From: an uncultured archaeon
Lineage (GTDB): Archaea > Iainarchaeota > Iainarchaeia > Iainarchaeales > JAAZKV01
Direction: 5' to 3'
Assembly (NCBI GenBank): GCA_964551375.1
Contig: CAZKBG010000001.1
Span: forward strand, 330,001-362,000
DNA length: 32,000 nt
Shown: positions 9,050-16,828 of the stretch, one piece after another
How the letters are laid out: each line of letters starts with the position of its first letter
How positions within the stretch are numbered: position 1 is the first letter of the stretch
Notes under the pieces: generated by a model
What the model was told of the DNA's origin: nothing
The model's input: only the letters and a program-made list of their open reading frames with translations
Databases searched by the model: none
Program-made: the position numbers and the translations under genes

Positions 9050-9619
9050 ATGGCAAGAGAAGAAAAATTTATACAAATGTGCCCCATATGCGGAGGCAAA
9101 AAGTTTGGTTTCTTTAAAGACGACAGGGCAACGGAGCCCGCAGGGCAGGAAATGTATGAATGCTACAGATGCGGAAATATATTTAGTTTCCCGCTTGAAG
9201 TTCCAAGAGGCGAAGCTCACAAATTAAAAGAAGTCCCGCTTACTCCAAAAATTTTAAGAGACACTCCAGCGAGCGCATTTACTCCGGTGGGAAATGTTGA
9301 AATCGGAGTTTATTGGAAAATACTTGGCGTAGTAATGGTAGTTTTTGGAATAGCCTACTTGATCATGGCATTTTTGCCTGTTATTTGCTTTGCACAAGGG
9401 AATGGAACACAATGCGAAGTAAATGCAACTCCTCAAGGATATACTTTCATGGGCTTGTCAGTAATGGCGGCAGGGTTTTACATGCTTATTGAATCTTACG
9501 AGTTATCAAGAAAAAAATTCAAACAGCCGTGGATTATGAAAATGGGGCTTGTGCTTGCGCTTTTAATAATAACAATTTACTTTGGCGCAGGAAGCATCGG
9601 CGCATTTATGCTGCCATGA
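9050..9619 (+). CDS. zinc-ribbon membrane protein, function unknown
   Basis: CPICGG...(x23)...CYRCGN is followed by about 4 hydrophobic helices. ATG 9050 lies 27 nt downstream of ATTTAAAA (9019-9026). The tracked ORF starts earlier, at GTG 8981, which overlaps the TraB stop (GTGA). Either start is possible. Confidence 0.6.
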   Translation: MAREEKFIQMCPICGGKKFGFFKDDRATEPAGQEMYECYRCGNIFSFPLEVPRGEAHKLKEVPLTPKILRDTPASAFTPVGNVEIGVYWKILGVVMVVFGIAYLIMAFLPVICFAQGNGTQCEVNATPQGYTFMGLSVMAAGFYMLIESYELSRKKFKQPWIMKMGLVLALLIITIYFGAGSIGAFMLP

Positions 9620-9720
9620 ATTCAGCAACTATAACAAGCACAAAGTAACCATAAATCCAAAAACTCGCTCAAAATTAGTTGACAAATCCGGTTAAATAAG
9701 CTACCTCGCATTATACAAGT

Positions 9721-10596
9721 ATGGCTCAAAACACTAATTCAGGAAACAAAATAAGAATTGCATTTCTTGATATTGACGGAGTGCTTACTCCCACTCCTGA
9801 TTATTTTCCGGGAGAAGTGCCAAATATTACTCCGGGCTCTATAAGTTCGCTCAAAAAACTCACTCAAAAAGGATTCAAAATTGTTTTCATAACCGCAAGA
9901 GGGGTGAGCGAATTAAGAGGCAAAGGAGGGCTTGAAGAACTATTAAAGAAACACAAAATGTTTGATAATTCCATGATTTTCTGCTCGGAAGGGCTTGATC
10001 AGGCGACCTATGATTACGATTTTAAGCTCAAAAATAACCGCCCTGTTTTTAAAAATGGAAATGTGGTTCTTGAAAAAAAACCTATTATCAAAAGAGAAAC
10101 TTTCGGCAATATTGACAAATTTCTTTTGTACAAAATGCTGCTTGGAAAAGAAATAAAACAGGAATTAAAGTACAGGGGGTTTAAGATTCGCTCCGCAATG
10201 AATGAAAAACTGACCACTGACGCAAGAATATTCTTCCAGCTTGAGAACAACACCACTCATGAAAGAGCAAGGTTTGTTGAAGCTGCTAAAGAAGTTGTGG
10301 CTAAGATGGAGGAAACATTTAAATTAACAGGAAAGTTTGGAAGCCCTGTGGAGCTTGATGTGATTGATATTGTAGCAGGCATTTCAATAAAGCCAAAAAC
10401 GCTTGGAAAACACTTCGCAGTACTGCGAGTTTTGAATTTATTAAAAATAAAAAGCACAGACAGGTTTTTGGGCTATGCATTCGGGGATTCAAATGCTGAT
10501 TCCATGATGAAAATTAGAAAAGACATTGAATTTATTAAAGTAAAAAATAACAAGGACTTCATAAAGCAAATTGAAGAAATAACTTCAAAACTTTAA
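9721..10596 (+). CDS. HAD-superfamily hydrolase, Cof/type-IIB-like
   Basis: Motif I is FLDIDGVLTP, motif II is FITARG and motif IV is GDSNADSMM, with a large cap insertion between II and III. TATA-like TTAAATAA lies about 25 nt upstream of the ATG. Confidence 0.7.
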   Translation: MAQNTNSGNKIRIAFLDIDGVLTPTPDYFPGEVPNITPGSISSLKKLTQKGFKIVFITARGVSELRGKGGLEELLKKHKMFDNSMIFCSEGLDQATYDYDFKLKNNRPVFKNGNVVLEKKPIIKRETFGNIDKFLLYKMLLGKEIKQELKYRGFKIRSAMNEKLTTDARIFFQLENNTTHERARFVEAAKEVVAKMEETFKLTGKFGSPVELDVIDIVAGISIKPKTLGKHFAVLRVLNLLKIKSTDRFLGYAFGDSNADSMMKIRKDIEFIKVKNNKDFIKQIEEITSKL

Positions 10597-10648
10597 TTTC
10601 AAAAACCTTGCCTAAAACTTGTCTAAAAATTAGTCCTAAAAACAGGAG

Positions 10649-11281
10649 CTATCTTTCTTTTCTCTTTTTAATATAAGGAAGCAAATTGCCTTTCTTTTCT
10701 GAAACAGCAATGAGTTTTTTTGCGTATGCAATTCTCTGTAGAGCACCCACAAGCCCTATCGCAGCAATGAAATATAATAAAATCCCGATTATATTCATCC
10801 CAAGAGAGGCCAGCAGCAGAGCCACAAGAACAATAATCAATTTATCAGCATGCTCTCCAATTGCAGGCCAGTCGTGATTGTCAGTTATTATTATCAAAGC
10901 AACTCTTGGCTTTGCATAACTTGAAATCATTGAAAACCCAAGCGCTAATACTGCAGGAAGCGCTAAAGAAGGAATAAAAACAAACGAGCCAATCATCGCA
11001 AAATCCACAAACTTGTCAATCATTGTCTCAAAATAATTTCCCCAATTTGAGCGTTTATTTAGCGCTCTCGCAACTTCCCCGTCAATTAAATCCATTGTTG
11101 GGGAGAGAATGAAAAATATCAGCGCCCAAACCCAGTTCTGTTGGGTTACAAAAAAAGCCCCAACCAGTGCAAGAAATAATCCAAATAATGAAATTGAATT
11201 AGGATCCACTTTGAAATAAACAAAAGGATACGAAAGAACTTTTGCAAGAGGCTTAACTTTTGACCTTAGAACTGATAACAT
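10649..11281 (-). CDS. CDP-alcohol phosphatidyltransferase (archaeal lipid head-group synthase family)
   Basis: DLIDGEVARALNKRSNWGNYFETMIDKFVD matches D-x2-DG-x2-AR-x8-G-x3-(D/E)-x3-D. The protein is a multi-pass membrane protein. Confidence 0.85.
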   Translation of the reverse strand: MLSVLRSKVKPLAKVLSYPFVYFKVDPNSISLFGLFLALVGAFFVTQQNWVWALIFFILSPTMDLIDGEVARALNKRSNWGNYFETMIDKFVDFAMIGSFVFIPSLALPAVLALGFSMISSYAKPRVALIIITDNHDWPAIGEHADKLIIVLVALLLASLGMNIIGILLYFIAAIGLVGALQRIAYAKKLIAVSEKKGNLLPYIKKRKER

Positions 11282-11344
11282 AAAACCATCAACTTAATTT
11301 CAATCTAAAAAACTAAAATAATTACAAATTTAAACTACTTAAAA

Positions 11345-12064
11345 TTACCTTTCTCTCATAAAGTTTCTTTTCGCCATCTGTGTCTGGAAATGATGCCAAA
11401 AATTCGCCTTAAACCTTGCAACAACCCTTGTTCTTCTCTTCTTTATTTCCTTTCTAAATTCAGTTTCGTTAACCGCGTCAATTTCAGTCAAGCCGTTTCC
11501 TATCTCTTCAGGAGTGTGGGCATCGCTTACGCCAAGCCCCGCAAGCGAATTCATCACATCAGGATTTGAATAAAACTTCTGCGACTTTTTATTAAGCCCC
11601 GCATAATATGCTCTTGCGTTATACAATTCCATCGCGTCAAATTCTTTCCAAACCTTTGGAAAACGCTTAAAATTTTTTCTCGGCCAGTCAAACGGATGAG
11701 GACAGGACAATAAAGCATCCTGCTTTCTTATATTATCCAAAATATTTTCAAAAGTATCTGGAACTATTGGTTTATCCAAAAAATATGCCACTACTTCTCC
11801 AACAGTTTTTCTTTTTCCGCCCTTTTCAACATCCGAAAGAACCTTAATCTCTTCAGAAGGAATGCAAAAAACACCTTCTTTTTTTGCTAATTTTGCAATG
11901 CTATTTGCCCCATTATAGGCGCCCATGTTATTATGGTCCGTAAGAGCAAAACCCCAGTTATTCTTTTTGCAAATCTTAACAATAGTATTGGGGCTTGAAA
12001 GAGCATCAATGCTGAACCTTGAATGGAGGTGCAAATCAAAAAGCATGATATCACATTTACTCAT
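11345..12064 (-). CDS. PHP-domain metal-dependent phosphoesterase
   Basis: PHP His/Asp blocks: FDLHLHSRFSIDA, ALTDHNNM, CPHPFDW, GVSDAHTPEE. Confidence 0.8.
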   Translation of the reverse strand: MSKCDIMLFDLHLHSRFSIDALSSPNTIVKICKKNNWGFALTDHNNMGAYNGANSIAKLAKKEGVFCIPSEEIKVLSDVEKGGKRKTVGEVVAYFLDKPIVPDTFENILDNIRKQDALLSCPHPFDWPRKNFKRFPKVWKEFDAMELYNARAYYAGLNKKSQKFYSNPDVMNSLAGLGVSDAHTPEEIGNGLTEIDAVNETEFRKEIKKRRTRVVARFKANFWHHFQTQMAKRNFMRER

Positions 12065-12159
12065 TAATTGATACTATCCGGCAAGCTATGAGCAAGCCAA
12101 TTGTTAACTAAAGAATAACACGCCAAGCTTTTAAAAGAACTTTTGCTTTAATTTCAATC

Positions 12160-13380
12160 ATGAATGTTGAGCAAATAAGACAGGATTTTCCAGTTCTCGC
12201 GAGAAAACACAAAGGCGAAGGAATAGTTTACCTTGATAATGCCGCAACTTCACTAAAGCCAAAACAGGTAATTGAAGCAGAAAGGTTTTATTATGAAAAT
12301 GTGGGCGCAAATGTCCACCGCGGACTTCACATACTAAGCGAAGAAGCATCAAGAGTGCATGAAGCCGCTCACGAAACCGTGGCAAAATTTGTAGGCGCAA
12401 AGAAAAAAGAGACTGTTTTTGTAAGAAACGCAACTGAAGGAATGAATCTTGTAATGTACTCGCTCCTTAATTCAGGATTTTTCAAAAAAGGAGACAAAAT
12501 AGTTGTTTCAAAAATGGAGCACCATTCAAATATTGTCCCATGGCAGTACCTTGAGAAAAAAATCGGAGTAAAACTTGAATTTGTCGGGCTTGACTCAAAT
12601 TATGAGCTTGACATGAATGATTTTGAATCAAAAGTAAAAGAAGCAAAGCTTGTTTCAATAACCGGAGCAAGCAACACTGTTGCAACTGCGCCTAATTTAA
12701 GAGAAATTGAAAAAAAATCCCACAAAGAAGGCGCATTAATTTGCGTTGATGGGGCTCAGCTTGTGCCCCACCAGGAAGTTGATTTTGGGAGAATGAATAT
12801 TGACTTTTTGGCTTTTTCAGGACACAAAATGCTTGCGCCCACAGGAACTGGAGCTCTCATTGGAAAAGAAAAACTTCTTGAAAAGTTTGAGCCGTTCATG
12901 TTCGGAGGGGACATGATACATTCAGTTGAACTACATTCTTCAACATGGAATGTTCTCCCGCATAAATTTGAAGCAGGAACTCCCCACATCGCAGGCTCTT
13001 ACGGAATCAAAGCTGCTGTTGAATACCTAAATAAAGTTGGAATGGGAAATATAAAAAAGCACGAAGAAAAATTAACCAAATTAGCGCTTGAAGAAATGCA
13101 GAAAATTAATTCAATAAAACTTTACTGCCCGAAAAATGAGAAAAAACAGGGCGGGATTGTGATGTTTGAATCAGCTAAACTTTCTGCTCATGAACTTGCA
13201 ATGGCATTAAGCGAGACTGAAAATATATGCATCAGAAGCGGAATGCACTGCGCAGAACCACTTGTATCCTCATTAAACAAAGACGGGCTGGCAAGGGCGA
13301 GCTTCTACCTATACAACACGGAAGAAGAAGTGCTGTTTTTCACCCGCTCGCTAAAAGAAGTGCTTGATACCCTAGGATAA
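12160..13380 (+). CDS. sufS: cysteine desulfurase, SufS/class-V aminotransferase
   Basis: 406 aa. PLP-Lys block FLAFSGHKMLAPTGTGAL and active-site Cys loop IRSGMHCAEP are present. CTTTTAAAAG lies about 25 nt upstream of the ATG. Confidence 0.9.
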   Translation: MNVEQIRQDFPVLARKHKGEGIVYLDNAATSLKPKQVIEAERFYYENVGANVHRGLHILSEEASRVHEAAHETVAKFVGAKKKETVFVRNATEGMNLVMYSLLNSGFFKKGDKIVVSKMEHHSNIVPWQYLEKKIGVKLEFVGLDSNYELDMNDFESKVKEAKLVSITGASNTVATAPNLREIEKKSHKEGALICVDGAQLVPHQEVDFGRMNIDFLAFSGHKMLAPTGTGALIGKEKLLEKFEPFMFGGDMIHSVELHSSTWNVLPHKFEAGTPHIAGSYGIKAAVEYLNKVGMGNIKKHEEKLTKLALEEMQKINSIKLYCPKNEKKQGGIVMFESAKLSAHELAMALSETENICIRSGMHCAEPLVSSLNKDGLARASFYLYNTEEEVLFFTRSLKEVLDTLG

Positions 13381-13412
13381 TTGAAAAATTTCTCTAAACT
13401 GTGCAAAAATAA

Positions 13413-13484
13413 GCGCATTTCTTTAATATTTCACAGCGCCAAATGCGCATTAGATAAGATAAAACAAGGAATTTTGCGTTTTTT
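13413..13484. terminator. convergent-gene terminator zone (inverted repeat plus T6)
   Basis: GCGCATTT (13413-13420) pairs with AAATGCGC (13441-13448) across a 20-nt loop. TTTTTT lies at 13479-13484, between the convergent sufS and YbaK-like genes. Confidence 0.3.
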
Positions 13485-13494
13485 AGACAATTGG

Positions 13495-13932
13495 CTAAAT
13501 TAAGGGCTCGCTTAATTCAACCGACTTTATTATAGACTCTCTTGAAATAACAATATATTCGCGCGGATTAAGACAGAAGAGAAACACTTTTTGCTTTTCA
13601 AGATTCAAATGAAATCCAACTTTAACGCCATAAACCCCAATTGGAGGAAAGTACTTTTTATCAAAGCCGGTAAGTTTTAGGACATCATCATCCACCATTT
13701 TCTCAAGCCCGTTAATGTCAAAAGCATCCATTGCATCATCTTCAGTGGCTTCTTCTCCGACAGGAGATATCAGCACATGGACCCCAAGCTTTTTGCTAAA
13801 AAAAGGAATCGCTTTCACCGCAGCAAAATCAGAAACATGCGCCTGCTTTATTGCAGTATCAAAAGAAGTGATGCTTGCAAAAGACATTACCCTTGCATCA
13901 AGAGAATTTGCTTTAATAAAATCATTAATCAT
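13495..13932 (-). CDS. YbaK/ProX-like aminoacyl-tRNA editing-domain protein (tentative)
   Basis: 145 aa. The pattern AVKAIPFFSKKLGVHVLISPVGEE ... LTGFDKKYFPPIGVYG resembles the YbaK K...G-x-x-x-G-x-x-P-x-G layout. This is by-eye similarity only. Confidence 0.4.
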   Translation of the reverse strand: MINDFIKANSLDARVMSFASITSFDTAIKQAHVSDFAAVKAIPFFSKKLGVHVLISPVGEEATEDDAMDAFDINGLEKMVDDDVLKLTGFDKKYFPPIGVYGVKVGFHLNLEKQKVFLFCLNPREYIVISRESIIKSVELSEPLI

Positions 13933-13970
13933 AAAATCACAAGCATTACATTATTACACTAAACTATTAT

Positions 13971-14028
13971 ACTAAAACACTAACACTAAAACACTAACAC
14001 TAAAACACTAACACTAAAACACTAACAC
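13971..14028. repeat. perfect 14-bp tandem repeat (ACTAAAACACTAAC) x4 plus a partial unit
   Basis: Identical units lie at 13971-13984, 13985-13998, 13999-14012 and 14013-14026, and a degenerate copy at 13957-13970. The repeat is intergenic: upstream of the YbaK-like gene and downstream of the 848-aa surface-protein gene. Confidence 0.95.
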
Positions 14029-14129
14029 AAATTATCAAATCAAATTATTACAATAACTGTGATTAGAAAAGAATATATTGCCACGCAATAAGGGGAATTG
14101 AATTTGCATACCACAGTTTGATTAAAAAA

Positions 14130-16676
14130 TCAGCTTGCTTTTGCAGGCAACTCTGTTTTAACAGAAACCTTTTCAGTTTCTTTAGACTCTATTTTTTCTT
14201 TTTGAGAAGTTTTTTTTTGATTTGGAGAATTCTTTTTCAAATAAGAAGAAGTTTTAGGTTCCGAATCTGAATTTTTCAAATCAACAGCAGGGCCTGCCGC
14301 ATTCCCTTCACTTCCTTTGCCTTTTCTCTTTGACAATCTTGATCTTATTGCAAGAAGAACTAAAACTAATAGCACTACTAACAACACCTCAACAAAGGGT
14401 ATTGAATATGCAGAGAAAAACCCAGTCAAAGTAAGCCCTTTTCCAGCAGGCATTAGCGAAAATGACTTTGATTTGCTGAAATTCCCAGCCGAAGTAACAA
14501 TTACAAACACTGCATTTGCATCATGAACTGATGAATTATAATCATGCGGGATGAAAAGCTTCCCTGCGAGCGAAACTCCCGGAGCAAGGTAAGTATTTTT
14601 ATTCAAATCAAGAACTGCATTCAAATCCTTAACCAAAATATTGTTCAAATTAAATCCGCTATTTGAATCATTCTTTACAACTATCTCAATTTCAGCCAGA
14701 CCTGCGGCGTAATTAATGTCAATTGCGTTTAACGACAGCAAAATTTTATTTGAATCAACAAACTGCTTCGCTGGACTTGCATTTATTTTTAACAAGAGTT
14801 CTTTTGAAACATTTTTGTCATTGACAACAACAATTTTTGCGTTTAAAACTCCTTCTGTGTTTGCATCAGGAGAAGCATAAACAAATACTCTCTTTGATTC
14901 TTTTGGAGTTAATGAAAAGCTGTCTTCGCTTAATGAAACCCATGAAGGAAATGCTTTCTTTAAAGTATAAACTGAATTGAAAAACCCGGTGTTTGATACA
15001 TCCAAATCAACTAATTTTCCGCTGCAGCAATTTGCGTCAATTTCATACTTTGAAAGAGAAGCAATAAAATCATTGCACTTTTCCACGCCTAAATCAGAAA
15101 TGCTTATTGATTGTTCTACTTCCTGTTGAGCTGATTTTGCGGTGATTTTGTAAGTTTTTGAAAAATTACTTGGCACAAATCCTTTTACTGACACAGCCTT
15201 TTTTGAATTAGCGTCAATTACAAAAGGACCGGGGCTTATATTCAGCCAAGGGGCGTCAATTGAGAGTGAAACTACCTGCGTTCTTGTTCCTTTATTTTCA
15301 ACATCAAAAACATAATCAATGCTTAAATTTGAGCAAGTCCCAAGGTTTGAAACATCAGCAGTTAAATCATAGCAGTTCTCAAAATTGAATTTATAATTCA
15401 AATCTTTTGAGAAGCTCTGAGAAGAAATCCTTGCCAAAATATCAGAACTGCCCGCAGAGTTTGGAGAAACTATAAAAGAAACGCTTCTTGACTCGCCTTT
15501 TAACAAAACCAAGGATTTTGACTCAACTAACTTTCCATCAATGAAAAGAGATACATCAACTGTTGACTGATTTGTTCCCGTGTTTTTTACAATAAACTCT
15601 TCGCTTCTTTTCCCAAAGCACTGGCTTATTTCGGTTGATTTGCGTTCAATAGTCGCATCAAAGCAGTTTTCAAATTTGAACTCAAAAGGAATGTCAAAAT
15701 TTCTATCAAACTCTTTTGAATAAGCTCTAATAAATCCTGTTTTTATTCCATTGCTCTTTTTGATGCTTAAAGTTATATTTTCGCTTTTATTTTTATCAAT
15801 TAAAACAATGTTTTTATCAAGCGCTGCCAACTGCTGTGAAAGTTGCGACTTATTCGCGTCAAGAAGAGACAAACTTATTGTGTCAGGCCTCATTGAAACG
15901 CTCTTTACCTCAAACAATTCTTCCGAATCGCTTTCTTCGCACAAAGTTTTAGTATATTTAGAAGATTCGCCTAAAAGCTTTCCAATTGTAAACGGAGCTC
16001 CGCCTAAAACGGATAATGAAATGTTTTTTGAAATTCCAAAATTAGTCATTGTGTTTGCGGCAATAAGCTGGAAGGGATAATTTTTCGGCTCAGCGTTGCA
16101 AAAAGGATTCAATTCAAGAGTTCCTTCAAATGAAGAAAAAGGCGCAAGAACTATTTTTTCCTGAGGATAAACTGCCCAGTTTTCCATAAGTCCTTTTTGC
16201 AGCAAAACAAACTCATCAGTGAAAGCGCCTTTATTTTTTAAAACAAATTTGGTTTTTGCGCTCTCGCAAGGATTTATAGAAAAGCTTGGAGAAATTATAT
16301 TCAAATCAGCTGTGTGGCACTGTCTTACTACAAGATTGTATTCCTTCACTAAATTTTCAGGCCCTCTGAAATTTAATGGAATTTTATAATCTCCAGAAAA
16401 TGCGTAGCAGTCAGGAGTAATGAAAAGATAAATATCCGCGCAGGAATTTTTTGTCAAATCAATTACGTTTGGAGCAAATGAAAACCATTTTCCTTCTACT
16501 GAATCTGCTGAAACTGAGTACATGCCCGGAACAACAGAACAAACGCTCATTTTTTGCTTTACCTGCTCGCACTGGCAGAGATTTGCATAATTTGAGCCCG
16601 AAACTGTTAAAGCTGACGCAAAAGAAGCGCTTAATATGATTGTAATTAGAATTACTAATATTGCGCTATATTTCAT
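14130..16676 (-). CDS. large secreted surface protein with Cys-bracketed Ig-like (CARDB/NEW3-like) repeats, a C-terminal TM anchor and a Lys/Ser-rich cytoplasmic tail
   Basis: Signal peptide MKYSAILVILITIILSASFASA. Modules of the type ..C(F/Y/N)D..x10-13..C...V.N.G...W recur, e.g. NCFDATIERKSTEISQC..VKNTG and NCYDLTADVSNLGTC..VENKG. N-x-S/T sequons are frequent. The TM helix VEVLLVVLLVLVLLAI is followed by a tail of about 70 aa. ATG 16676 is preceded by GGGTTGGGG; the track uses TTG 16685. Confidence 0.75.
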   Translation of the reverse strand: MKYSAILVILITIILSASFASALTVSGSNYANLCQCEQVKQKMSVCSVVPGMYSVSADSVEGKWFSFAPNVIDLTKNSCADIYLFITPDCYAFSGDYKIPLNFRGPENLVKEYNLVVRQCHTADLNIISPSFSINPCESAKTKFVLKNKGAFTDEFVLLQKGLMENWAVYPQEKIVLAPFSSFEGTLELNPFCNAEPKNYPFQLIAANTMTNFGISKNISLSVLGGAPFTIGKLLGESSKYTKTLCEESDSEELFEVKSVSMRPDTISLSLLDANKSQLSQQLAALDKNIVLIDKNKSENITLSIKKSNGIKTGFIRAYSKEFDRNFDIPFEFKFENCFDATIERKSTEISQCFGKRSEEFIVKNTGTNQSTVDVSLFIDGKLVESKSLVLLKGESRSVSFIVSPNSAGSSDILARISSQSFSKDLNYKFNFENCYDLTADVSNLGTCSNLSIDYVFDVENKGTRTQVVSLSIDAPWLNISPGPFVIDANSKKAVSVKGFVPSNFSKTYKITAKSAQQEVEQSISISDLGVEKCNDFIASLSKYEIDANCCSGKLVDLDVSNTGFFNSVYTLKKAFPSWVSLSEDSFSLTPKESKRVFVYASPDANTEGVLNAKIVVVNDKNVSKELLLKINASPAKQFVDSNKILLSLNAIDINYAAGLAEIEIVVKNDSNSGFNLNNILVKDLNAVLDLNKNTYLAPGVSLAGKLFIPHDYNSSVHDANAVFVIVTSAGNFSKSKSFSLMPAGKGLTLTGFFSAYSIPFVEVLLVVLLVLVLLAIRSRLSKRKGKGSEGNAAGPAVDLKNSDSEPKTSSYLKKNSPNQKKTSQKEKIESKETEKVSVKTELPAKAS

Positions 16677-16691
16677 TATCCCCAACCCGCA

Positions 16692-16753
16692 AAACTAACT
16701 TAATCCAATTAAACTAACTTAATTTGTTTAAACTAACATACTTAAAACTAATT
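16692..16753 (-). repeat. imperfect ~19-bp direct repeats carrying AAACTAAC (GTTAGTTT on the coding strand) in the promoter region of the 848-aa gene
   Basis: AAACTAACTTAAT occurs at 16692-16704 and 16711-16723, AAACTAACATACTT at 16730-16743 and AAAACTAATT at 16744-16753. On the minus strand this gives GTTAGTTTAA twice (16718-16709 and 16737-16728), which is TATA-like. Confidence 0.6.
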
Positions 16754-16778
16754 ATCAGCTGAAATTAAATTCACTATG

Positions 16779-16828
16779 AAAAATTAAAACAAATAATTAA
16801 ATTGGATGCAATAAAATTAATGCATCCA
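16779..16828 (-). terminator. hairpin spanning the stop codon of the 828-aa gene, followed by T-tracts
   Basis: TGGATGCA (16803-16810) pairs with TGCATCCA (16821-16828) across a 10-nt loop that contains the TAA stop. On the minus strand, T4 and T5 runs follow (plus-strand A-runs at 16786-16789 and 16779-16783). Confidence 0.45.

Noticed and set aside
13971-14028. Tandem repeat considered as a CRISPR array
   Set aside because: The units are 14 bp and directly abutting, with no spacers. This is a microsatellite or minisatellite, not a CRISPR array.
14091-14103. GGGGAATTGAA, resembling the antisense of the tRNA-Trp T-arm (GGGGAATCGAA, 25982-25992). It raised the idea that 14.1-26.0 kb is a tRNA-integrated island bounded by att-like repeats.
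   Set aside because: It is only a 10/11 match, and roughly 0.5 such matches are expected by chance in a 32-kb window on two strands. The similarity does not extend to the acceptor end normally included in att sites, and no integrase or other mobility gene is present. The idea is worth re-testing only if compositional or synteny analysis flags the region as an island.
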